The notes beneath the pieces are model-generated. The model was given only the letters and a program-made list of their open reading frames with translations. It did not search any database and was not told the DNA's origin. A DNA stretch of 44,659 nt, the filler included, from Basidiobolus meristosporus CBS 931.73 (taxonomy: Eukaryota > Fungi > Basidiobolomycota): NCBI GenBank assembly GCA_002104905.1. It is 3 parts of 3 records of this genome, joined end to end, with 100 filler letters (N's around TTAATTAATTAA, not from the genome) between each part and the next. Parts side by side here need not be neighbours in the genome. Positions count along the whole stretch, not along the records: positions 1 to 21,039 come from MCFE01000995.1; 2 more parts are not named here. One strand, given 5' to 3'. Below, one piece after another: positions 1 through 11,714 of this stretch. The translations under genes and the position numbers were made by a program. Every line of letters starts with the position of its first letter. Within the stretch, counting starts at the first letter, position 1.

Positions 1-73
1 CTCTTTAGCATTAAGTTCCTGATGGTCCCATAGCATGCTGGGCCTTATGGTGATGGTGCATTAGACTCCGTAG
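1..73 (-). repeat. Fragment of CACTA accessory ORF (reverse copy of about 15820-15890)
   Basis: Reverse complement ...catcaccataaggcccagcatgctatgggaccatcaggaacttaatgctaaag aligns with 15830-15890 ...ctatcaccttaaggctggcataccatggaaccatcaggaactcaaggccaag. Confidence 0.55.
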
Positions 74-342
74 TTTTGTAATAGTCTTGAAGATATTAAA
101 AGTGATAATGAGAACAAGTAGACTGCATTTGCCTAGAGAGGTCCCAAGAACATGGGTACAAGGTTTGGGGCTCATTGGACAACATTGGAGACTTTCATGC
201 TCTGGATACCTGATGTTTTTGGTGAGAATAATCTAAGTAAATCCCAACAGGAGATTTAGTCAGTATTCTCTAGGATTTGTAGGTTGTGATCTGTGTTACT
301 AAATTAGGTGAATGTTAAGTAGGAATTATAGATTTTGCAACA
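74..342 (-). repeat. Copia 3' LTR with internal deletion
   Basis: Homologous to the 349-bp LTRs at 22902-23250 and 40616-40964; ends gcaaca on the plus strand. Confidence 0.7.
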
Positions 343-787
343 CTCCTACTCAATTAATTGATCACACTGATTAATCCTGATTGTGACCCAAGAAGTCAAA
401 GTTTATCTCCATTGGGGTAGTTGCCAATTTATAGTCTTCCATTTGGTACTTCTTTAGTATATCTTGAATATACTTGGATTGGCTTAGGGTAATAATCTGG
501 GTACCTCTGTCTATGGAGAACTTAATCCCTAAGTAGTAACTGAGTTATCCTAGATTTGACATCTGGAATTTCTTAGATAGGCTGGACTTAATCACTTCTA
601 ATATTGCTAGGTTATTGGCAGCTATAATAAGATCATCCACATATAGAGCTAATAAAGCAGGAAATGCTCTATCTGGCTTATAGTATATACTATAGTCAGC
701 ATTGATGATAGTACCACAAAGTGCTGTATATTTTGTTATTAATTGGATATTTTAGAGTCATATGCATGTCAATTTTGATCCCAAATT

Positions 788-861
788 GGCACTGTTTGGC
801 ACCCTCTGGCATTCTGTGGCATGATCAGGCACCATCTGACATGCTATGGCACTATTGGGCA
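788..861. repeat. 10-bp-phased GGCA array interrupting the Copia RT
   Basis: GGCA starts at 788, 798, 808, 818, 828, 848, 858 and GACA at 838, with variable spacers. Confidence 0.8.
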
Positions 862-2334
862 CTATGATCTGCTAGAATGATGGAATAAGTCTATTCTAAA
901 TAGGTTTTCACATCCATTTGATGAATAAATGACCTATATTTGGCTGCAATAGCCAATATTAATCTGATGGAATTAAACTTGGCTACTGGTGCAAAGATCT
1001 CATTATAGTCAAGCCTTTATTTGAGAATATACTCTGGCCAAAAGTTTTGATTTGTATCTTTCAATTGTACCATCAGCCTTGTATCTTGTCTTGAAGACCC
1101 ATCTGTATCCAATTGATTTTTGGTTGATTAGTAATTTGGCTAAGTCCCAAGTTTGATATTTCATCAGGGCCTGATATTCTTCAGTCATTGCAGAACTCCA
1201 AAGCTTTGTCTGAGGGCTATTTAAGGCCTCTTTTACAGTCTGGGGCTCATCAATATGGACTGAATAGGCACAGGATAAGTTTGTACCCTCATTGATATAG
1301 TAATTTGGGCTATTTCTTGTCCAATTGGATTGCCAGGCATTTTATACTGCAATGATCACTTCTGAGATATTCCTTGGCACTGCTTCAGGCTAAACCATGG
1401 TTTTAGAGTCCTCTGGAGTGAAACATTTTTCATTGTTTTGCTCTGATTCAATCTTGACAATTGGTGGACTTGGGGTCAGATTTTTATCATCATCTGATGT
1501 CAATTTTTGTCAAAATTTTGAATTTTCATCAGAAAACACATCCCTAGACTTGATTAGCTTTTTTGCTTTGGTACTGTAGAGTCTGTATGCATTACTGTCA
1601 TTGCAGTAGCCCCAAAGTATGCATTTTACACTTGGCTCAAATTTTGACTTATTTCCGGGCAGTTTCTTGGCATATGCTGTACTCCCATATATTCTTAGAT
1701 GTTCTAGACTTGGTCTGTATCCATACCATGCTTAAAATAGAGTAGAATCACAAAGTATCTGTATAACTCCTATTTTTAAGGTATACAGCTGCGGCAACTG
1801 ATTCTGCCCAAAAAATCAAAGGATAATTTTTGATCACAGATGATAGATATTGCCATATCAATTACTGATTTGCTTGCATATTCTGCTACTCCACTTTACT
1901 GCGGGGAGTATGGTACAGTAGTCTCTTGCTTTATCCTATGAACTTTGCAGAAGTGGATGAAGAGTTTTAAGGTATATTCTCCACCATTGTCAGAGCATGT
2001 TTTCTTGATTTTTTCACCAGCTCCTCTCTCCACCAAGGCTTTAAGCTCCCTCAACTTAGATAAAGCTTCTTCCTTTCTCTCCATGAAGTAGACCCATGTG
2101 TATCTTGTATAGTCATTAATAAAAGTGATTAAATATTGCATCTTGCATGAGGATAAGTTGTGCATAAGTCTGCACAGATCTGAGTGAGTTGGATCAGTAG
2201 CTTAAATGGCAAATCCATTATCCCTGATCTAGTGTTTTTATAAAATTCATGAGTAGATTTGGCTATTACAGCTGAAAATCTAAATAACAAGAGTTACAGC
2301 TAAATGCAAAAAGATTCCACTTGTTTTGAGCTAT

Positions 2335-2600
2335 GCAATGGGGTCAATACAACTGGCAATTGAGGTGCAACTGAAGTTTCAATGAATATAGATCAATCTG
2401 TGTGCATGAAAAGTAATAGAAATGGCTGAGTCATGAAGTAAGGAGTGCAAATAAGAGGCAATAGCCAATTAATGCACACAAACATATGAGGTGACAGAGT
2501 GTTTGGGTTAAAATTCTTTATTCTAAACAATGGCCTATGGCTTGCCAGCTTCACTTCAATTCTGCAATGACTTGGGTGCAATCTCTCTGTTGATTTATAC
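2335..2600 (+). repeat. Fragment of the CACTA right-hand non-coding region
   Basis: Aligns with about 17090-17290 and 29530-29800 (tggcaattgaggtgcaactgaagttt...gcatgaaaagta...cttgggtgcaat). Confidence 0.7.
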
Positions 2601-3011
2601 CTTCTTGTTATGTGTTGGACTACATGAGCTCCTTTCAACGGGGTATTTTGATATAAATGCAGATTGTAACTATGCTTTTGCTCAATGGTGGTAGTATCAG
2701 TCTCTAGGGCCAGTGTTACATGATGCATCTAGTTATCCATTTATACCATATACATGGTGGGTAGCATCCCAGAGTGATATTAGCAGTGGATGAAATCTAT
2801 ATAAAAAGTCAAAAAAGCCCAGCTGAATATGCACACCATGTCAGCTAAGTTCCAATTTGTCACACTTGGTAGCTCTAAGAGTCTCAGCAACTAGCTCAAC
2901 TGCAGAAGAGCAGTCATTCCGTCCAGGGGGAGACCAGACCAACTGGGACCTATGCTATACCTGGTTATCAGCTCCTGATTTCTTGCACCAGAAAAATGTA
3001 ACTATAAGTAT

Positions 3012-3331
3012 CCCTAAGAAAAAAATTAAGAAAAGGCCAGTAAAATACCATCATAATATCAGCTGAATTTCAAGTTTTTCAAGATAGACAACTCTCAATA
3101 TCTCTGTAGTTAGCTGATGAGCAGGCAAGTAATTGCATGAACCAGGAGGAGACTAGGCCAGATAGCATCCATGCCAAATCTGGTAGTTAGCTGCCCATTA
3201 TTTTCATCACAAATTGCATTTGAAATGTTGAACCAAAAACACCAGCTGAATACTAGCAAAATACCAATAGAATACCAGCAGAATACCAGCTGAAAGTCAG
3301 AAGAATTCCAGGTTTGAGATTTTTCATAGGG
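3012..3331. mobile_element. Candidate non-autonomous CACTA-type MITE (CCCTA TIRs, CAGCTGAA-rich)
   Basis: Left CCCTAAGAAAAAAA, right TTTTTCATAGGG, same terminus as the large CACTA element; only a 2-bp AT flank match; the left part recurs at 40387-40615. Confidence 0.55.
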
Positions 3332-3858
3332 ATATGTGGCAGAACTGCCAGCTGAATACTAACAAAACAACATCAAATTGCTGTGGTATATATTGAAAAA
3401 TCAAGGAGTTCTAACTGTTGGATTCTTCATTGGTGCTGTAAGTCCTGAAAGCACTCATTATGGAGTGTAGTGGAGACAAACCATCTTGCTAGCCACTACA
3501 TCATATTGTAACTAGCTAATGAATGAAGAGGCTCACTTTACTTCATATGGTATTTAGTCCTTTTTTCCATGGCTGCTGCCTCTTCATATGTGCAGATCTA
3601 ATCAGCCTGATGCTGAATTGTCTTGTGATGGGAGATAGGGCCAAAAAACAATTATGGACCTTTTTAATATAGCAAATATTTCACTAGCTGAGGTGAGTAT
3701 ATTTGTGCCACATTCTCAATCAGCTCCATTTTTACAAGTTAGCAATTTTGGCTAGATGCAATGATAGAACCATTAGAATACTAGCAGCTCACTTTAAGTG
3801 ATTCAGTGACAGATGAATCACCAAATATGACAATTGTGGCCAACTACTAGCTGTGATC

Positions 3859-4787
3859 TGTTGTGTTGTGTTATGATTAGTTTGGGGCTTGTTCTACAAT
3901 GTAGAGGCTAATCAACAATATACAACAACTTCAAGTATGCTAATACTAAAATAGTTTATTGGGAGTTTGATATACCAATAGAAGATATAACTTTCACTAA
4001 TTTCCTCAATCTTAGGCTTGAAATATACTGTAGGCAGTGTTTATCACTTCTACAGCAGTGTTCTGGCCTTCTGTCAACTAATGGACTTATTTACTTTTGA
4101 AGTAACTTTTCTTATTTGGAAGTCACTTTCCTTTCTGGGAAAATATTTCCTAATATAGAATTTCTGAACTCCCCTTTAACCTAAAGGGGTGTGTTGTAGG
4201 AGTCTCTAAAGGTGTCTTTAGACCTGAAGGGGTGTCTTTAGAGTAAAGGGGCTTCTTGTAATGGTCTCTAAAGTGGACTTTACACTAAAGGGGTGCCTAA
4301 AGGGGCTTCTTTAGAGTAAAGAGGTTTCTTAAAGGGGTCTCTAAAGGGGTGTCTAAAGGGGTGTCTTTAGAGTAAAGGGGTTACTTAGAGGGGATTTTTC
4401 CAACAGAAAAGTGGTAGTTTCTTGTAGAGCTTAAATTGGATTCTTCTGAGCTTTGCAGGCCGGTTCAAAAGTTACATGCAATCAAAGTCACCATAGTAAT
4501 CCTAGCAATAAGACATAGTATATATAATAATTGGACTCTTTTGGTCATAACTCCTTAAGTACTGCTTCAAATGAGCTGTAATTTGAAACATGTGTTGGCT
4601 ACTACGTGTTCTGTATGACATACATTTCCTGGGTGGATTGCTTGTCAGGGTTTGGAGAATTTGTCCTTCAAAGTTGGAAATTTGTGATCTTTCACTTGTG
4701 TGTTACAATAGCAAAAAACAAAATAAAGAAATGAGTGCAAAATTGGTTTAGAGATATTGTAGTAATGGAATACTTTCCATTACCACA
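3859..4787. mobile_element. Putative solo LTR-like element with internal G-run satellite and terminal hairpin
   Basis: Right end (about 4625-4787) recurs inverted at 20879-21039 where it interrupts a Gypsy pol; TGTTG...CCACA termini flanked by GATC/GATC (3855-3858, 4788-4791); left boundary uncertain. Confidence 0.45.
4181..4393. repeat. Degenerate minisatellite of TAAAGGGGTGTCT-like units
   Basis: Repeated taaaggggtgtct / ttagagtaaagggg motifs. Confidence 0.75.
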
Positions 4788-6982
4788 GATCATTAGATTA
4801 CATCATATGATATCTTTGTGATTTATAGATGAGAGGCTTACTGCTACTATGATGCAATCTTTTCTACTTGTTTAGAGTACTTAATGAAGGTATTCCTGTT
4901 TGTAGGGCACATTGCTTGAAATTCAACTATGAATACAATATACATCATCTTTGGCCTATATTCATCTGAGCTTACCCTACAAAAAGTGATTTGGTCCTGT
5001 GGGTGAATCCAATCCAGATCAGCCATCAGGATCCTGTTTAGCAACCATCATAATAACAGCAGCTTGGAGTTAGTGGCCCTCCTAAAAACCTTATAACAAG
5101 ATCATGACGGTGTTTTGCTAGTTTTACAACCAAATAAAGGGATAAAACTTGACAATATTTTATTGGTGCTATGACAATATTTGCATGGTATTGCCGCAGT
5201 CATTCAGTACTCTATAGCTATTTTAAGTTGATCCAGTTAGCCAGGACATCCAGTTGCCTTATATGGCAAGAAGCTTGATGGTACTTTGACAGCCTCACAG
5301 CAAGGCTCTAATGGCATCATAGTGGCAGTATGATTGCCTACTGCTTGTTCTATATAAAGCTACCGTCTCAATTTACTAAATAGTAGTTCCTTTTTCTACT
5401 GCCCCTTGTGCATTTCATATATTCCACTGTAGATTCACCTTTCTTTATTTGCTACCCACTACTACCTTGGGTATTCCGCATATAATTCAAATCAAAATAA
5501 ACTATGGCCTCCAGCTTACTAACCTCTACAAACACACACACCTGCCACAATTGACATACTTCTATCACCGCAACTTTACGGCTTTTTAGTGTGATACTTG
5601 CAAAGTTGCCATATACCTTGTACTGCTGGTAACATATACATCTTGCAAACATATGCTTGGTTTTTGGCACCTCTGCCATGAATACCTCCTGAATATCTGC
5701 AAAGTACTTGTTGGTACTTGGCCAATATATTCCTTCTCCCTGCTGGATTCTAGTCCCCTTTTTAGGTGCACTCTGGCTTTTGTTTGTGTGAATTCCGTAT
5801 TGAATGATGAAGAAGTTGGCTAGTGACCAAGAGAAATCTGGCATACCTTAGTAGAGTTTCCCTAATAAAAATCAGTTGCTTGTTGCACCCAACCTAACTT
5901 TGCATTACTTAACTGATTGCACATGCATTGGGGCTACATGGCATATTAGTGCCATAGGCATTGGTGTCTCCATATGCACATTTATTGTCAGTATTTTCCA
6001 ACTCTTTCTGGCTGTTCTCCATGTGCCAACTCATCACATCCATGACAGACTTGAAGGTAATATTCTTGATGAGATTGGGATATGGTAATACCTGCAACTT
6101 GATTTGTCTCCTATCTCCCCATACATCTGCTCCATAGGAAACTCCCAAAAGGTGAAGCAAGGCCCAATATTCTCTACACACTATGCAAGAGGGAGTAGAG
6201 AATGGATACTGTAGAGGCAGAGATCTACACATTCAGCTTTATGTTTGAAGTATAGCTGCTCAAATCCTGTCACAAACTCCTCACACAACAGCTGTAAATG
6301 CGTCAAGTTGGCATTGGTGATCTGCTTCTGAATGAATACTTCTACAATATCCACATATGACTCCCAATGCTTCCAATGTACTCTTGGTAGGAATGGCTTC
6401 AGAACACCACTTGAATAAATACATCTCCAGTTCATCCAGTCTTTGCATTTGTATTATTGCATATGAGTATGAATATTAATTGGAGCCCATGGAAAGTACT
6501 TAGGATAGTAGATACTCTGTAATATCTTGCCAATTCTTTCAAATTTCTCTAGTATCTCAAAGGGCTCATTTAGCTTGAAATGCCCCATGTACAACTTGGT
6601 CATCAGTATAGGGTTATTGATGAAAAGCAAATGCATTGCTTGCAGTGGAAAGCTTTTGCTCCAACAGATACCCTCTATCTTGAGTATCTCCAGTTTCCAA
6701 TTGATTACATATTCTGGCCAATGGCTTATAGCTTGCTAATTTTGCTGCAATTGCATGCTTACTTCTCTATGTTTTCTTTGTGGAAAGATGATGTTCTTAG
6801 TGCTGGTATTTTGGTAATAATAATATGTGTGAGTTATGGAGTAAATCCCCTGGATCCAACACATTTGACAGCAATACCATCCATTGTGCCCAGAAAAACC
6901 TGCACTCTTGCTAATGGCTGGGGTATCTCCAATGCAGATAACAATATGTGCTTTTACATGATGGCCCTTTACCTTTATACGC

Positions 6983-7751
6983 TGTGGTAGGGCAAAAATA
7001 CCTCCCACAGACAAGTTTATTCATATAGCCATTGTGATATACTTATCCATATTTTATCTTATCAGTATTATCCCTGTATGATGTTTACCCTGATTAGTTA
7101 TTTACATTAGTTATCCAGATGTTATTAAGCTTTGTGACCAGTATATGTATCTACAAAAGGCAAGTACCAGCATCAGTGCCCATGACACATGACCTAGGTT
7201 GGTGTTACCATCCCCACCATTTCAATGCCATATATGGTATTTCTATGTTGCACAGGTTTCAGACTACTGATTCCTGATTGGTTGGATTTGCTCTGCCTTT
7301 CAGAACCTTCCAGGACATTCTTGGCATATTTTTAGCTCATAGTGATGTCATCAAGAATTCCACTGATGCCTAGAATCATCTAGAACCCTGTCATTAGTAA
7401 TCACTTGGCAATCAGGAAAAGTATTTAAGGGAAAGCAATCCCTCATCAATAAATCATCCCTTCTATCAGTAACACTTCTACCATATTGACTAGCAGTTGA
7501 TCACTGCACCTGCCTTCCACAGTACATCTCTGACCTGCCATCAAAGAGCTTTTCAGGGTAGTGCACAAGACACATAGAAACCTTTGGAGACACTTGGAGC
7601 ACCTAGTAAGCTAGAGAAGCAGGAGCTTTTACCATAGTGACATGTTGACAAAGACACCAGCGGTTTAGACACAGAGGTTATTGCACCCATCAGACACCTC
7701 ACACACCTTGAGTTGTGTAGCTTCTCCCAGGAGTACCTCTACACAATCACA
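6983..7751. mobile_element. Solo LTR (769 bp) inserted in the transposase gene
   Basis: TGTGG...TCACA termini; flanks ACGC/ATGC (4-bp TSD with a CpG transition); internal TATTTAAG followed by AATAAA; absent at the equivalent site in CACTA copy 2 (about 25535); relative at 27129-27935. Confidence 0.7.
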
Positions 7752-8397
7752 ATGCTGGAAAGCTTACAAAACTCATCCAGCAACAGATACAGGTAGCTAT
7801 CCAGGTTGGATGGATATTTAGGGCCAGGTACTGGTGAGACTACCATCAGATTATTGCTCTGAGACTGTCAGATGGGTGGCAGACTGTATGATAGGTGGCA
7901 GATCCAAATTGATGAGAATTAGTGGCCAGCTGGACTTGCGTGTAGAGGACTTGTTTAATGAGAATTCATCAAGTGTCAAAGCAAAGGCATGGTCATACAT
8001 AGCTTCAAAGTAGCCCTTGCTTCTTAGCTGTCTGCAATTTTGCCTTCAAATATATTGGATATGTTTGCGCTTGATTGATATTGAGTGCGGTACTATGTAG
8101 CTTTGCAATATTTGTTGGACTGCATCAGCTTCCTCAGACAGGGTATGGCCAGAATATATCCAGAGTGTGAACAATATTTTTCCTCAATGGTGGTGGATTC
8201 CTGACAATTTGGACACATTGCAATGTTAGCATTTTGCAATGTAGATGCCATGCAACTGTTAACACATGCTGGAATCAGGACAGTCTCTGAATTATACACT
8301 GCCAGCCACATGATGGTTGTCCACTTATACCATGTACATGGTAAGTTGCATCCCATATGATTTTGGCAAGAAGTAGTAATAAATCCACAATGACCCC

Positions 8398-9094
8398 TGT
8401 TGTATCCAAGAGAAAGTGTGAAAAAACTCTTGAATGGCTTAATTGAACCAAAGGGACAATTAAGTGCAGAATCTTAGAATTGTCAGAGAGTGGCGGAAAT
8501 ATTAGCAGAAAGATTCTGATCTAATATTGGTCTTGGATATAGCTGGGTTGGCTATAAAGAAAATGATATTTGTTTGCTAGGCAGGCTAGGCTTGGTGTTC
8601 TTAGGAGTGCTAGATATACTAGGCTTGGATAGAAACTAGAACTGAATTGTTGGATTCTTATTTTTGCTGAGACAGAATCTTAATTTTGTTGAGACACACA
8701 CTAGACCAAAAGGTTCAGTAAACTTTATTTATACTTTTCAGATCAAGGTGAATTAGTAAGCGCCAAGGGACTGGATTGATTGAAGTCAATTTGGGTGTTC
8801 ATAGGTGCATAAGATAAATGAAAATTACATCATCAATCAACTGATGTCTTGGCAACTGCACAGTGGTTTGATAGATCTCAGATGACTAATCACCTGGGAA
8901 GGCTTGGCAGATAGGTTGATAACATAGTGACCATTTGAAAATAGATCAGGTGTGCTAGCTAAAAATAGATTCTGAGGTGGGATAAAATAAACTGTAACTG
9001 GGATTTGTTATGTTTGGGTTAGGGAAAATCAGTTAGGGTACTAGATTTTCAAATGGAGTAAAATTGGCTAAGTTTTAAATGTTGATGCACAACA
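8398..9094 (-). repeat. Chromovirus 3' LTR (697 bp)
   Basis: 21 substitutions versus 13618-14314 by manual count (about 3%). Confidence 0.95.
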
Positions 9095-11714
9095 TCACTT
9101 GCTTCCGGAACAGGAGTTTTTGACACCTTCTGGGTTCCTCTGCGGCTCCAATACTGATCAATAATGGCAACATCATCTAAGTTGGTGTAAGGTTCCCAGG
9201 TGTTGTGTTTGGCATCATAGCCTTTCCACTTGACTAAATAAAGGCAATTTGGTTCTTCTCCATCATGGTCCACAATAGCTTCAACTTCATAGGATTCCAA
9301 AGTTACTGGGTCTTGAGAAATAAGTTTGGGTGAAGAAGGTGGAAAGTTTTTGGGTAGCAGTGCTCCAGTGTTATCCTGAAGTACATAAGATCCTCCAGTA
9401 GTGCGTCTGACAACCTTGAATGGTCCTTCATACTTGGGGTCAAGCTTAGATTGCCAAATTGGATCTAGTGTCATGACATATGACCCATCTGGGAAGCTGC
9501 TGTTCCTGTGTCTTAAGGCGTACGTTGAAGTCATCTTTTGCTGAGAGGCCTTACTTCTGGCACTGATAGCAGGGTAGACAATGTTGGTAAGGTACTCAAG
9601 CCGGTTCTATAGCTGTTATGTATTCAAACTTGCTAACTCTGTATTCTGGTAGTCTCCAAAGTGGTTGTATCTTCTTCCAAACATCAAGGAAAATGGTGTT
9701 GATACATGTAGAGTAACAATTTTGGTGTTAATAGCATACTGTACAGCTGGAATGTACTTGTCCCAATTCTTCTTGATACCCTTGATAGATTGCCTGATGA
9801 TGTTCACTGAGGTCTGAACATGTCTTTCAGCCAGTCCATTAGCTTTGGGATGATATGGAGTGATCAGATGGTGATCAATGGCGCTATTCTGGCAAAGGGC
9901 TTTGATCACATGATTCACAAATTCTGTTCCATTATCCAATTGAATGACCTTAGGGAACCCAAAAAGGCATAAGAGCTTGAATAGTTCTTGTGCAATAGCG
10001 GCAGCATACTTGTCAGGGATAGCTTTGAGGAAGACAAAATGTGTGCAGACATCCACAATTACAAAGAGGTAGTCATTACCATCATCACTAGTTGTGAAAG
10101 GTCCAGCTAGATCAATTGCAATATGATCCATAGGAAGGCTTGCATGGATAGGGCTCAAAGGGTGAAATCCATGGCAGCTGATATTGTAAAGTTAACATTC
10201 TCTGCACAACTTGACAAATTCTAAGCAGTAAACTTTGATATTTGGCCAGTGATATCCATCAGAGTGTAGCTTCTTCATAGGTGTGTCAGCTCCAAAGTGG
10301 CCAAGTAAATGACTCCTCTGTATCAATGTTTTCCTTTGTTCTTCAGGTGGGATTTTCCAAGTTGCTGAATCCAGTTGAGGAATTATTTTGGAAGTTGTAG
10401 AGAGATTACTGATTACATCAGTAATCACATGTCCCTCCCAAGGTGAAGTTGGAAAAAGTCTTGACAGGTGGTCAGGAAGGATGTTGAGAATTCCTGGTCA
10501 ATGAATAACTGTATATTCATAATCAAGTAGAGTATCAAGCCTGTAGGTAGGCATTGGAGTCAGATTCTTCTGAGTGTGGATATAGACAAGGGCTTGGTGG
10601 TCAGTGTACAAGGTAAAAGGATTACCCCATAGATACTGATGAAACTTCTTCAAGGCAAAAACTATGGCAAGTAGCTCCTTCTTGGTAGCAGAGTAGTTTC
10701 TCTCAGCAGGTTGTAGGGACCTGGCTTGGAAAGAGATCCAGTGAGGCGGATTTTGGTCTTCATCCTGATAGAGGACTGCCCCTAACCCAACATTAGATGC
10801 ATCCATAGCAACAACAAAGGGCTTAGTAAAGTCTGGGTAGGATAAGGTGGGTGCTTGTGGAAGCAGTTGGCAGAGTGACTCAAAGGCTTGGTCATGAGTC
10901 TTGTTCCAGGCTGAGGTGAGATCAGGGCTATGGTGTAATGCATCTAAAGCGGCACTCAATGAGGACATGAGCGGTATGTGTTCCCTGAAGTAGTTGAATA
11001 CTCCAAGATAATGTTGAAGTTGCTTGGCACTAGTGGGTTTTGGCCATTCTGGGATATTGACCAGTTTGAAAGGATCTAATTGGTGGCCAGCTGGTGTGAC
11101 TATAAATCCAAGTAGATTGATTTTGAGGCGGGCAAAACTGCACTTTTCAGCATTGAGAATCAGTCCAGCAGTTGTCAGTCTGTTGATTACATCAGTGACA
11201 TGGGTTGCATGATCATCACAGTTAGTGGAAAATATGATGACATCATCAACAAATACCAATTGTATGGTGCATTCTTGTGTATTATAGTCATGACTCTCTG
11301 AAACTTGCTGGTAAGTGTCTTTAGGCCAAACAGAGCTCCCTGAAATGTCCATTGCATATTATTCCAAGTAAAGGCAGTCTTATGCTGATGATCAGGATGG
11401 ATCTGGAATTGGTGATATGCATCCTTCAAGTCGAACTTGGAGAATACTTTTGCTCCTGATAGTGTGGAAAAGATATCTTGGATTCTTGGAATTGGAAACT
11501 TGTCATCTTGGAGAAGCTTTTTCAGAGGTGTGGGGATCAAATAGGGTCTCTTCAGGGTTAGATTTCCATCAGCATCTTTCTTTGGTGCAAGCGTCAAACG
11601 GCTGTTGAATGTTGTGTTGACAGGGGCTTGAGTGATAATTCCATTGTCAGCCCATTGTTGGACTATCTCATCAACTAAGTGTTGACATGAATGCGGAATT
11701 GGGTACTGCCTCCT
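9095..11714 (-). pseudogene. Chromovirus pol (RT, RNase H, integrase, chromodomain) with frameshifts and stops
   Basis: FVDDV, DASNVGLGAVL, IAIDLAGP, DNGTEF, NGLAER, YEGPFKV, YLVKWKGYDAKHNTWEP spread over several ORF fragments; 1-bp deletion near 11270 relative to copy 2. Confidence 0.92.

Larger units (their letters stand above)
74..2215 (-). mobile_element. Degenerate Ty1/Copia LTR retrotransposon, 3' part (IN-RT-PPT-3'LTR)
   Basis: Integrase HSDLC...FINDYTRYTWVYF...SDNGGEY...TVPYSPQ (1896-2200); RT motifs SIGYRWVFKT, HQMDVKT and ALYVDDL (YVDD at 632-643); PPT-like TTGAGTAGGAG (343-353) abutting an LTR. Confidence 0.85.
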
